Part shown: positions 1 to 9,019 of the stretch, piece after piece
Layout of the letters: each line of letters starts with the position of its first letter
Position numbering within the stretch: the first letter of the stretch is position 1
Program-made: the position numbers and the translations under genes
From: an uncultured Nitrososphaerota archaeon
Lineage (GTDB): Archaea > Asgardarchaeota > Njordarchaeia > Njordarchaeales > Panguiarchaeaceae
Length of the DNA stretch: 25,488 nucleotides
Direction of reading: 5' to 3'
Assembly (NCBI GenBank): GCA_964636085.1
Contig: CAZWPQ010000021.1
Location: 1 to 25,488, forward strand
Notes under the pieces: model-generated
What the model was told of the DNA's origin: nothing
What the model saw: only the letters and a program-made list of their open reading frames with translations
Database searches by the model: none

Positions 1-2
1 GA

Positions 3-1547
3 GTTAAGCCAGACCATTTTTGTGGTGTTTTATATTCGTGTATATCATCAATTCTCGAGTACAAGCGGAGGATATGGTGTCTATCAAGAATTAAAAGGCG
101 TTTTAAAAAATTCTTAAATTCATTGACGGATGGTTTTAAGCTTAGAATTATCCAGAGTACAACAAACCGCTTATTGACATCTGACTGGCGGGAAGCACTT
201 AAATCTATTTTGGAGAATCTAAGCGTCAAATCTGGAAGTAGCACTGGTATTGGGATCTGTAAAAGGATGCTTAAGATCGTAGATAAAATGGCAAAAGAAT
301 TGGAACAATGGGCCAGAATTAACAATGAAATCGCGGTTAAATGGCCGCAAATATATGAACTAATATATCGCCGATTTAACAAAAGGTCGAGACGTAGGAT
401 CTCAGAACTTATAAGATTATATGAACTAGGGGACAAGCAAACAAGGAATGAGATAAGATATATTTGTGGTAAAGTTCTAAAGGGATTTATCGAGACAATG
501 AACAAACTTAAAATTAGGTATGACGCTTTTGATTGGGAGAGCGATCTAATTTGGGACGGTACTGTTAGGGATGTTCTTACAAGGCTGGGTAAATCGGGCT
601 ATCTGAAAACTCATCCTGGGGATTCATCAAAGTTTCTGGATATAAGGGGTGCTGCCAAGGACAATAAGAATATTCTCGATATAATATTCGAGGGTGGAAA
701 GGGAGATATAGATGAGATAAAAAATCCTGTTCTTATCAGGAAGGATGGCTCAACTTTGTATACATTGCGGGATATAGCTTATGCTCTACATAAGTTAAAT
801 AGACTTAAAGCTGACAGAGTTTTAAATGTCATTGGTGTTGACCAAAAACTGGAACAAAAACACGTAATAATAGCTTTGATGTTGCTAGGCGAGAAAGATG
901 TAACAAATAGATACGTTCATGTAGCCTATGAGCTGGTGCGTCTGCCTGGCGTGAGAATGTCATCTAGAAAAGGCCAGTATATTACTCTTGATGCCTTAAT
1001 AAATGAGGTAGTGAATAGGGCTTATAATGAGGTAACCAAGCGCTATCCAGAAATGAGGGAAGAGCCCAAGCAGACGATATCAAGGGAGATAGGGATAGGT
1101 GCACTGAAATATGCTCTCCTAAGTTCAATGCCATCTAAGGTGATTACATTTGAGTGGGATAGAGTCCTAGATTTTGAACAGAATTCAGGCCCGTTCATAC
1201 AATATGCACATGCTAGGGCTGCATCAATTTTGAGAAAGATAGGCTGGGATTTGCCCACAAAGGCTGATTTTTCAAGACTCACCAGCGAAGAGGAGTTTGA
1301 GCTTGTATATAAATTATCTATGTTCCCAGAGATAATTGAAGACGTCATGGAAACGCTTAGGCCAGACTTGCTATGTACATATGCTAACGAATTAGCGATA
1401 TTATTTAATAAATTCTATCAAAAACATCCAGTACTGAAAGCTGAGGATGGTATCAAAGAAGCCCGCATACTTCTAGTTGAAGCATTCAGAAGAGTAATCG
1501 CACAATCCATGAAGCTTCTAGGAATAACACCACTATACAAAATGTAA
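3..1547 (+). CDS. argS: Arginyl-tRNA synthetase (5'-partial; frame is open from the window edge)
   Basis: The frame upstream of 123 has no stop (VKPDHFCGVLYSCISSILEYKRR...). Motifs: FDWESDL, LIRKDGSTLYTLRDIAY, VIGVDQ, KMSKS-like RMSSRKG, NSGPFIQYAHARAASIL, and a DALR-type C-terminus ending LGITPLYKM. Confidence 0.96.
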   Translation, partial: VKPDHFCGVLYSCISSILEYKRRIWCLSRIKRRFKKFLNSLTDGFKLRIIQSTTNRLLTSDWREALKSILENLSVKSGSSTGIGICKRMLKIVDKMAKELEQWARINNEIAVKWPQIYELIYRRFNKRSRRRISELIRLYELGDKQTRNEIRYICGKVLKGFIETMNKLKIRYDAFDWESDLIWDGTVRDVLTRLGKSGYLKTHPGDSSKFLDIRGAAKDNKNILDIIFEGGKGDIDEIKNPVLIRKDGSTLYTLRDIAYALHKLNRLKADRVLNVIGVDQKLEQKHVIIALMLLGEKDVTNRYVHVAYELVRLPGVRMSSRKGQYITLDALINEVVNRAYNEVTKRYPEMREEPKQTISREIGIGALKYALLSSMPSKVITFEWDRVLDFEQNSGPFIQYAHARAASILRKIGWDLPTKADFSRLTSEEEFELVYKLSMFPEIIEDVMETLRPDLLCTYANELAILFNKFYQKHPVLKAEDGIKEARILLVEAFRRVIAQSMKLLGITPLYKM

Positions 1548-1570
1548 GATGTAAGTTGAGTAAAGAAAAA

Positions 1571-1879
1571 CTACAGAATGCCTAATTGCGACGCAAGGTC
1601 GAATGCGGAATATTCTTCCCTTAGTTTTACAATGGCTTTTTTCTCACCTAGCGGGGTTATTAGCGTCCAGACTTTTTCAACCCTAACATCAAATAATTCT
1701 TCCACTGCCTTCTTTATCAAAGACTTACTTGCTTTCCTATCGACTATAAAGGCGAGTTTATTTTCCCTTTGGATAAGATCTATTGCTTTTTCGGATACTA
1801 CAGCCCTAATAATAATTTTAGTAAGATCTATTGTTTCATCATGTTGAACTGGTTTTAATGGGGTTCTTCTTCTAGGCAT
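1571..1879 (-). CDS. rpl23: 50S ribosomal protein uL23
   Basis: Motifs [51 protein letters not shown] at 1879 chosen because GAGGTGA SD precedes it (track start 1888 is the SD's GTG). Overlaps the rpl4 stop. Confidence 0.95.
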   Translation of the reverse strand: MPRRRTPLKPVQHDETIDLTKIIIRAVVSEKAIDLIQRENKLAFIVDRKASKSLIKKAVEELFDVRVEKVWTLITPLGEKKAIVKLREEYSAFDLASQLGIL

Positions 1880-2675
1880 TTCTCTCACCTCTTAGTTTTT
1901 TCCACCGCTCTATAATTATATTCTGAAGGGAAGCTATAGAATTCTGGGACCAAATTACCAACCTTGCGGGCCACCCCCCTGGCGCGAGGTGTATGACGGA
2001 TATATTGGCCACATATTTGACATCTACACCCTCGAGATTTCTTGCAGATTTGAATAATGGCACATTGGGGGATGATACAACGATTAATGGGCCTTTTTTC
2101 CTCTTATATCTTCTCCCCCTCATTTTTCCTATGCCAGATCGTATTCGCCTACCTTTTTCAACTCTTTCAAGCTCTTGTGAAAGACCCAAGTTTATTAGTA
2201 CTCTTCGTACTTCCTTGGTCTTGTTTATTGATTCAATATCATTTATGACTATAATGGGGAGCTCTTTAACGGAGTCTAGCCTATGCCCCCTAAATTGGAC
2301 AAGCACAGGATCCGCAGTTGCCGCAAGCGCCGATTCTAGTGCTCTTAGCTTTTCCTTTTTGTTTATGAATCTAACTAGTCGTTTGTATGGTCTAGGTGCG
2401 CGGATCCTTAGTCCTTCTATCACATTTCCAGCCATGGCGGCTCTACCAAAACCATCAATTCTACGAATTCTCGCTATGTCATAGCCTTTTCCAACATTCC
2501 AAGCAACAGCTCTGTGGCCAGCCATAGGAGATTTTCCATAGGGAGTAAATTTTTTGCTTATAGCAGCTAAGAAGGTTCTCCTAATGATGTCGGGTCTTAT
2601 AGGGGTACTAAATACAGGTGGCAACTCTATTTCAGAGACTTTTTTTCCTTCTAGGTCATATACACCCACTAACAT
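1872..2675 (-). CDS. rpl4: 50S ribosomal protein uL4
   Basis: Motifs [61 protein letters not shown]; lies between rpl3 and rpl23. Confidence 0.95.
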   Translation of the reverse strand: MLVGVYDLEGKKVSEIELPPVFSTPIRPDIIRRTFLAAISKKFTPYGKSPMAGHRAVAWNVGKGYDIARIRRIDGFGRAAMAGNVIEGLRIRAPRPYKRLVRFINKKEKLRALESALAATADPVLVQFRGHRLDSVKELPIIVINDIESINKTKEVRRVLINLGLSQELERVEKGRRIRSGIGKMRGRRYKRKKGPLIVVSSPNVPLFKSARNLEGVDVKYVANISVIHLAPGGWPARLVIWSQNSIASLQNIIIERWKKLRGERNA

Positions 2676-2677
2676 TT

Positions 2678-3883
2678 TTATTCACCAACGGATAGTGCCT
2701 CAAACATCAGATCGATTTTTTCTTTATCGAAAAGTTCCTCCCCGCCATAATATACAGCCCTAAGATCTACATCTTTTTTAATTTTGTCTGTTCGAACAGG
2801 CCATCTAAGGAAAACTAAACGCTTAGGCGGTCCCTGACAACTTCCCCGTATGATAACTGCATCATTCCTAATAATGCCATAATGTGGCCATCCTCCTTTT
2901 GGATTTAATAATTTTGCTGGTGGATCTATTATTTCATGTTTTTCTTCTTCTTGGGTAGATTTTTTGATAGTTAGCTTATCTTTGATTGATACTTTGTATG
3001 GTTCGTCGGGAGAAGTGAAATCATATCTAAACTCGTAGCTTGAAAGAACCAATGACAGTATCTGTTTATTGTACTCCGTTCTTCTGAAAAAGCCCAATTG
3101 TCCAGGTCTAGGCACGGTCCACATAACTCTTCCAGGAGTCCATGGACCTAATGATCCAAGTCTTCTATAGCCCTTTTTCGATTTGGGCGGCAAAAGTTTT
3201 ACTCCAAATCTCTTTACCACGCCTTGAAAACCTTTACCTTTTGTAACTCCAATCACATCAACAAACATGCCAGGTTCGAATACGTCGCAAACTCTTATAA
3301 ATTTTCCTAGGTTATCCAATCCCCATTTAAATGCGTCATTTATTGGTCCAGAGATCTTAATTTCCATGACTTCGGGCTTCTTTTTACCAATTGTTGTAAG
3401 TTCGGGACATGTTCTGACGATTGCTCTTATCTCCAATACTTCATTGTTGGATATAAGATCGTTAATTTTCTCTACTTTATTATCCAACTGCTTCTTTGCC
3501 TCCTCTATAGTCTTTTTAGGTAGTTGGAACTTTCTGCTGAGGTATTTTCTCTCGAACTTACTAAAGTAGGGGCATAACAGATCATCAATTGCTCTAAGCC
3601 CATTAGTGTCCATACCATATGCGCGCAAGCCTATTATCCTAATTGGTGGCGCCTCAAGGACGGTTGCAGCAATAGTACGTTCAAGGCCGTACCACATAGC
3701 TCTTTCACTAACAAGAACATTTCGCTCATAAACCGATATCATCCCCACCTTGTATGCTGGATATCCCAATAGTCGAAGTTCATTAACGTTGGACGGCCAT
3801 GTAGATATCCGGGGGTAGATTCTCTTTGCTCTTTTTCTCCTGAATCCAAGCGATCCGCGTCTAGGTGCATGAAACTTGACCAT
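2678..3883 (-). CDS. rpl3: 50S ribosomal protein uL3
   Basis: Motifs HAPRRGSLGF, YKVGM, VDVIGVTKGKGFQGVVKRFGV, GSLGPWTP, PRPGQLGFFRRTEYNK, NPKGGWPHYG, GSCQGPPKR. Confidence 0.97.
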   Translation of the reverse strand: MVKFHAPRRGSLGFRRKRAKRIYPRISTWPSNVNELRLLGYPAYKVGMISVYERNVLVSERAMWYGLERTIAATVLEAPPIRIIGLRAYGMDTNGLRAIDDLLCPYFSKFERKYLSRKFQLPKKTIEEAKKQLDNKVEKINDLISNNEVLEIRAIVRTCPELTTIGKKKPEVMEIKISGPINDAFKWGLDNLGKFIRVCDVFEPGMFVDVIGVTKGKGFQGVVKRFGVKLLPPKSKKGYRRLGSLGPWTPGRVMWTVPRPGQLGFFRRTEYNKQILSLVLSSYEFRYDFTSPDEPYKVSIKDKLTIKKSTQEEEKHEIIDPPAKLLNPKGGWPHYGIIRNDAVIIRGSCQGPPKRLVFLRWPVRTDKIKKDVDLRAVYYGGEELFDKEKIDLMFEALSVGE

Positions 3884-3982
3884 GTTTTTGCACCAGGAAT
3901 CATTTTGTATACCGTATCCTTGATTAAATTTAATTAGTATATTAATTAAGAATTACTAACCACCTGGATTTGGTGTACACCT

Positions 3983-4615
3983 ATGCTTAAGATAGATGAT
4001 ATTTCTGATGAGCATGGAGAATTCTTGGTGAGATTGGCTAGAGCGGCAATAGAGAAATATGTGGTAGAGGGCAAGAAGATAGATCCTCCGGTGGACGCCC
4101 CCTCTATTCTTAGAGAAAAAGCGGGAGTTTTTGTTACATTGAATAAAAGAATTAATGGTGAGGAGGAGTTGCGGGGGTGCATAGGATATATATTGCCATA
4201 TCTTCCACTTGTTGATGCAGTGATAGATGCAGCGATATCAGCGGCAACTAGGGATCCTAGATTTGATCCAGTATTGGAATACGAGCTAGATAATATAATT
4301 GTAGAGGTGACAGTTCTTACACCACCAGAAGAGATCAATATAAAAAGCCCAGATGAATATCTCAAGGTAATCAAGATAGGCAGAGATGGATTGTTGCTAA
4401 GCTGGCATGGGTTTGGTGGGACACTATTACCCCAAGTTCCTGTGGAGTATGGGTGGGATGTAAAAACATTTCTAGAACACCTATGTTTAAAGGCAGGTCT
4501 GCCTAAAGACTGTTGGCAATGGAAGGAAGTCAAGATATTGAGGTATCAAGGAGTGATATTTAAGGAGGAGGAGCCTAGAGGCAAGGTAATAAGGGTAATG
4601 TTAGAGAAGAAGTAG
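3983..4615 (+). CDS. AMMECR1-family (TIGR00296-like) protein
   Basis: Motifs GVFVTL, LRGCIG, AATRDPRF, EVTVLTPP, IGRDGL, GTLLPQVPVEYGWD, LCLKAGL. Confidence 0.95.
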   Translation: MLKIDDISDEHGEFLVRLARAAIEKYVVEGKKIDPPVDAPSILREKAGVFVTLNKRINGEEELRGCIGYILPYLPLVDAVIDAAISAATRDPRFDPVLEYELDNIIVEVTVLTPPEEINIKSPDEYLKVIKIGRDGLLLSWHGFGGTLLPQVPVEYGWDVKTFLEHLCLKAGLPKDCWQWKEVKILRYQGVIFKEEEPRGKVIRVMLEKK

Positions 4616-4624
4616 GGAGTCGCT

Positions 4625-5449
4625 ATGAAACTTGCGGATAAACCGATTTTTGAAGGAAAACTCTACCATATTCAAATAGCTCCTGGAATGCTTCCCAGAT
4701 ATGTCTTATTGCCCGGCGATCCTAAGAGGACGGAATTGATTGCTAGTCTATGGGAGAAAGCTGAAGAGGTGGCATTTTATAGGCAGTACAGGTCTTTTCG
4801 AGGCATATATAAGGGAGCTCCAATCTCTGTATTATCCACAGGGATTGGCGGCCCTGCGACAGAGATAGCCATAGTGGAACTAATATATGCGGAATGCGAT
4901 ACATTTATCCGTGTTGGATCTACCGGAGCGATTCACGAGCACATAAATGTTGGAGACATAATAATAAATACTGGAGCAGTGAGACTAGACGGAGCCTCCA
5001 AAAACTATGCTCCCATCGAATATCCAGCAATGGCATCGTTAGACGTGACGTTAGCTCTTATAATGGCTGCAGAGACGCTAGGCTATCGCTATCATGTAGG
5101 TATAGTAGCATCAACCGACTCATTTTATTGTGGTCAGGAAAGGCCTATAGATGGTTATCTTCCTAATTTCCAGAAAGGTCTGACAGAACAATTAAGAAAG
5201 CTTGGTGTATTGAACTATGAGATGGAGTGTGCAACCTTATTTACCATATCTCGAATACTTGGAGCGCGGTGTGGTGCGGTAAATGCTGTCTTTGCTAATA
5301 GAGTCACGGGTGAATTTGAGAAAAAAGGTGAAAAAGAAGCAGCAAAAGTGGCTTCGGAGGCTGTAAGAATTCTATATGAATGGGACAATGAGAGGGAGGA
5401 ATCACAGTTGAGTTATTGGCATCCAATTGTCAAAAATTTTGTTAAATGA
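4625..5449 (+). CDS. udp: Nucleoside (uridine) phosphorylase, PNP/UDP family 1
   Basis: Motifs YHI, LLPGDPKR, STGIGGP, FIRVGSTGAI, DSFYCGQER, NYEMECATLF. The GQER motif favours uridine phosphorylase. Confidence 0.88.
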   Translation: MKLADKPIFEGKLYHIQIAPGMLPRYVLLPGDPKRTELIASLWEKAEEVAFYRQYRSFRGIYKGAPISVLSTGIGGPATEIAIVELIYAECDTFIRVGSTGAIHEHINVGDIIINTGAVRLDGASKNYAPIEYPAMASLDVTLALIMAAETLGYRYHVGIVASTDSFYCGQERPIDGYLPNFQKGLTEQLRKLGVLNYEMECATLFTISRILGARCGAVNAVFANRVTGEFEKKGEKEAAKVASEAVRILYEWDNEREESQLSYWHPIVKNFVK

Positions 5450-5540
5450 TGCTAAATAGCAATTCTTCTCCTTTTTTGCATATGTCTTTTAATAGTTTCT
5501 AATTAGATTGATGAGGAATAGGGCCTCTCGGTGAATATTA

Positions 5541-7145
5541 TTGTCTGGTATTGGGTATGAAGAGCTCGTACGTGAGATTGTTAGAGAGATACAGAAAAAT
5601 CCCTCAATCACATTGGGCGAGTTGGAACATATAAAGTTAAGGGTAGCGAGAAAATTCGGATCCAAGTACATCCCAAGGAACTATGAAATCTTTAAGCGAT
5701 TAGATGATGCACTAAAGAAAAAACTAATGATCTGGGTTTCAAAACCAGTAAGAAGTATTTCTGGTATTGTTGTGGTCTCGGTATTTACACGGCCAGCACC
5801 GTGTCCAGGCAAGTGCATATATTGCCCAGGAGGCACAGATACACCAATACCAAGCCCTAAATCATATTCGGGACACGAACCTGCTGCGAGACGGGCCTCA
5901 CAACTTAATTATGATCCCTATCTCCAAGTAACGCGTAGAATCGATCATTTAAGGAGATTGGGTCATCCAGTGGACAAAGTAAGTCTAATTGTTATGGGCG
6001 GGACATTCCTCTACTTGGGAAAAGAATACCGCGATTGGTTTATCAAGGGGGTCTACGAGGGAATATTGGGAAATAGGCATCCCAATGAAGGGTTAAGAGA
6101 ACTTCAAAGAAGGCTGGAAAAATCAAAAATACGGTTGGTCGAGCTAACTTTTGAAACACGTCCCGACTATTGCACTGAGAAATATGTAGATGAGATGTTG
6201 CATTATGGCGCTACACGAGTTGAGATTGGTGTACAAACATTAAGGGATGATGTTCTAGACTTTGTTCAACGAGGTCATGATGTCGATGCTGTGAGGAGGG
6301 CATTTAGAATAGCTAAGGATTCTGGATTAAAGATAGTCGCACATATGATGCCGAATTTGCCCCCCAATCCCAGTGTTGAGAAGGACTTTAAAGATTTTGT
6401 GAAGCTATTCCAGGATCCAGATTTTAGGCCAGATATGCTAAAGATATATCCTACAGCAGTTGTTAAGGGCACTAAGCTATATGACATGTGGCTTCGTGGC
6501 GAGTATGAGCCATACGATGAGTCTAAGTTGATAGATTTGTTAGCTAGGGTTAAAAAATTAATACCGCCTTGGGTTAGGATTCAGCGTCTTCAAAGGGATA
6601 TTCCGACATATCTGGTAGAGGCGGGGTATAAATCCGGAAACCTAAGGCAATTAGTGATTAACTATATGAAAAAAAGGGGATGGAGATGTAGATGCATCCG
6701 ATGTAGGGAGATTGGTCATAGGATTCTAAAGGAAGGCATAAGTGTTGATCCTGAGGATATCAAACTTGTAGAGAGAAAATATAAAGCATCGGATGGAATT
6801 GAGATATTTCTATCCTTTGAAGATATAAAGAGGGACATTATAGTCGGTCTGTTACGTCTTAGAAAGCTCTCTGAAAGGGCCCATAGGCCAGAGGTGGATA
6901 ATAATACTATGATAATAAGAGAACTTCATGTTTATGGCCCAATGGTCCCGTTGGGAGAGAGATATATGCATGCTTTTCAGCATAAGGGGTATGGATCACG
7001 TTTACTACTAGAGGCAGAGAGAGTAGCCGTGGATGAATTTGACGCCAGAAAAATGTTGATTATAAGTGGCATCGGTGTTAGAGAATATTATCGGAGATTT
7101 GGGTATAGGTTAGAGGGCCCATATATGTCTAAGTGTTTGCGTTAG
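5541..7145 (+). CDS. elp3: Elp3 tRNA U34 carboxymethyltransferase (radical SAM + KAT domain)
   Basis: Motifs KPVRSISG, CPGKCIYCPGG, SYSGHEP, MGGTF, ETRPD, TRVEIGVQ, KIYPT, RLQRDIP, CRCIRCRE, RELHVYG, QHKGYG, SGIGVREYY. GGTGA SD precedes the TTG start. Confidence 0.97.
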   Translation: MSGIGYEELVREIVREIQKNPSITLGELEHIKLRVARKFGSKYIPRNYEIFKRLDDALKKKLMIWVSKPVRSISGIVVVSVFTRPAPCPGKCIYCPGGTDTPIPSPKSYSGHEPAARRASQLNYDPYLQVTRRIDHLRRLGHPVDKVSLIVMGGTFLYLGKEYRDWFIKGVYEGILGNRHPNEGLRELQRRLEKSKIRLVELTFETRPDYCTEKYVDEMLHYGATRVEIGVQTLRDDVLDFVQRGHDVDAVRRAFRIAKDSGLKIVAHMMPNLPPNPSVEKDFKDFVKLFQDPDFRPDMLKIYPTAVVKGTKLYDMWLRGEYEPYDESKLIDLLARVKKLIPPWVRIQRLQRDIPTYLVEAGYKSGNLRQLVINYMKKRGWRCRCIRCREIGHRILKEGISVDPEDIKLVERKYKASDGIEIFLSFEDIKRDIIVGLLRLRKLSERAHRPEVDNNTMIIRELHVYGPMVPLGERYMHAFQHKGYGSRLLLEAERVAVDEFDARKMLIISGIGVREYYRRFGYRLEGPYMSKCLR

Positions 7146-7160
7146 AATTTTAATTGAGAA

Positions 7161-7904
7161 ATGATGAAAATGCTTTATGAGAATCGCTTTAAAACAGGGC
7201 TTTTTTTTGATGACTTCGGGGGGCTACCATTAGGATTTGTTATACACGTATGTGGCAAATCTGGTACAGGCAAATCGTTGATATCTCTTTATTTAGCCAT
7301 GAAATTTCTAGAGGGATTTAACTCTGGCACCGTAATTTACTTTGATGCGGATAGGAACATAGACAAGATTGATATGGAGAAACTACTAGATACAAATATA
7401 ATGGATCGCAATATTATTGACAGGCTAGTTATATCCATACCAAAGAATTGGAGAGATGTATTAGATGAGGTTGGAAGTGTAATCCGGGGGAGTAAGGGGA
7501 ACGAGGTTATGATTATTGTAGACTCTCTTCCCAGCATTTTTTTAGGAGAACAAAGACTACTGCTCAAGGATTTAGAAACAATGAGAAAAAAGAAAGTCGA
7601 AGAATTCACTGGTAATATTATATCATTCATGATGGGATTACGTCATATATTGAGGCTGCATAACAACGCTATATTTATTTTGTTAAACCAATTAAGGGGG
7701 AGAGTACGATGTATTGATAAATCTTTCTGGGCATCAAAAGGGTACATCCCAGCATTCTGGAATCTCATTCAGGGCTATACGGATGCATGCATATTATTAG
7801 AAAAAATTAGGAGGGGGCTTTTATACGTCCGTGTAATTTTCTCGTACTTTATGCCAGAGGTTCTCGGGATTATAAAAATGGCTGAGGATCTAAAAATCTC
7901 ATAG
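7161..7904 (+). CDS. RecA/Rad51-superfamily ATPase paralog (RadB-like, no N-terminal HhH domain)
   Basis: RecA core motifs: TG..FDD-FGGLP.G, Walker A GKSGTGKS, VIYFDAD, Walker B IIVDS, LLNQ. Confidence 0.75.
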   Translation: MMKMLYENRFKTGLFFDDFGGLPLGFVIHVCGKSGTGKSLISLYLAMKFLEGFNSGTVIYFDADRNIDKIDMEKLLDTNIMDRNIIDRLVISIPKNWRDVLDEVGSVIRGSKGNEVMIIVDSLPSIFLGEQRLLLKDLETMRKKKVEEFTGNIISFMMGLRHILRLHNNAIFILLNQLRGRVRCIDKSFWASKGYIPAFWNLIQGYTDACILLEKIRRGLLYVRVIFSYFMPEVLGIIKMAEDLKIS

Positions 7905-7985
7905 CTAAGATTTGAAGAGGATTACGAACAACACTTATAATGAAAATATGTGTCTTATATATCTAAAAGAAACGAGGGAACAAAA

Positions 7986-8441
7986 ATGTCGGACGATATT
8001 AGGGCCGCCAGATCAGAAATAGAGCAAATATTAAAGGGTATTTGCGACGCAGATGGATATGCAATCGGGGCAGTCTTAGTAGATGTAAGAAGCGATTTAA
8101 TAGTTATGAAATACATAAAACCAACACGCGTGTCAGATGTCGGCCCCGTGGGCGAGATAGAGACAAGCGGGGGAATACTGGGCAAGCTCATACCTGCACT
8201 AAAAGACCTATGTTCACAAGCCAGACTAAATCTAGGTAATCCCCTATTCACAATTGTAATTGCTAATAAGGGCACAGCAGTAATCCATATAGTCAGAGAG
8301 GACTCGGTGATACTATTTTTCGGTGTTAGGGGGATGAATATATCCTACATAGCACAGCAACTCGCAAACATGCATACACGTCTCCAATCCCTCATAGAAA
8401 AAGCCGGACTAATTACCACCGAGGAAGAATGGGGATTCTAG
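7986..8441 (+). CDS. Roadblock/LC7 (MglB/LAMTOR-like) domain protein
   Basis: Pattern helix (IEQILKGI), beta (IGAVLVD), helix, then LGNPLFTIVIANKGTAVIHIV, ILFF, NISYIAQQL, matching the roadblock alpha-beta-beta-alpha-beta-beta-beta-alpha fold. ATG 7986 follows GAGGG. Confidence 0.7.
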   Translation: MSDDIRAARSEIEQILKGICDADGYAIGAVLVDVRSDLIVMKYIKPTRVSDVGPVGEIETSGGILGKLIPALKDLCSQARLNLGNPLFTIVIANKGTAVIHIVREDSVILFFGVRGMNISYIAQQLANMHTRLQSLIEKAGLITTEEEWGF

Positions 8442-8765
8442 TTGGAGTTCATAAAATATCTAAGAAAGAGAATACACGACGATCCAGACATAAGAATAGG
8501 AAAAAGAGGCATCCATGAAAACATAATCGAAGCCACCAATGAACTCTTAAAGAAGAGGAAAGGTGTCATAAAAATAAGAGTGCTAAGAAACCTTGCACAG
8601 AATCGAGACGACATAAGAAGAATAGCCCAAGAACTTTCACATATACTAAGGGCAGACATTGTAAAGATAATTGGAAGAAGCATAATTATAGGAAGAATAA
8701 AAGATTACAAAACCTCTAGAACCTTACCCCTAAGCAAACATTTAAAATACCATAAGTATACATAA
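8442..8765 (+). CDS. yhbY: YhbY/CRM-domain RNA-binding protein
   Basis: Motifs PDIRIGKRGI, LKKRKGVIKIRVLRN, IVKIIGRSIII. Confidence 0.88.
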   Translation: MEFIKYLRKRIHDDPDIRIGKRGIHENIIEATNELLKKRKGVIKIRVLRNLAQNRDDIRRIAQELSHILRADIVKIIGRSIIIGRIKDYKTSRTLPLSKHLKYHKYT

Positions 8766-8800
8766 CATATTATGACATATTATAGATTAAAGAAATATAG

Positions 8801-8913
8801 GGGGCCGTGGCGTAGCCAGGTTTAACGCGGCCGGCTCCAGGCAACAAAGAGGGCGACACCGGTCGATTCGGGATCACCGAGCGGCAACCGGGGTTCAAAT
8901 CCCCGCGGCCCCA
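8801..8913 (+). tRNA. trnW: tRNA-Trp(CCA) with a canonical 37/38 intron (8841-8857) and a second ~20-nt insertion in the variable region
   Basis: Acceptor GGGGCCG/CGGCCCC-A; D-stem GCGT/ACGC; anticodon stem GCCGG/CCGGT with loop CT-CCA-G|A (CCA at 8837-8839); T-arm CGGGG-TTCAAAT-CCCCG. The variable region 8864-8888 is 25 nt. Confidence 0.9.
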
Positions 8914-9019
8914 TAACTTCAATGCTAGGCAAACTGTTGGGCTGTGATATACAACACAGCCCAAACATTAGTTTCTACTTAATCCATATTCGTTTTATGT
9001 GCTTGATTTTGTCGAAATT

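Noticed and set aside
8837-8888. tRNA-Sec or tRNA-Pyl interpretation of the long variable region
   Set aside because: The anticodon is CCA with a standard 7-bp acceptor and 5-bp T stem.
8770-8964. 64-aa minus-strand ORF
   Set aside because: Antisense shadow of tRNA-Trp.
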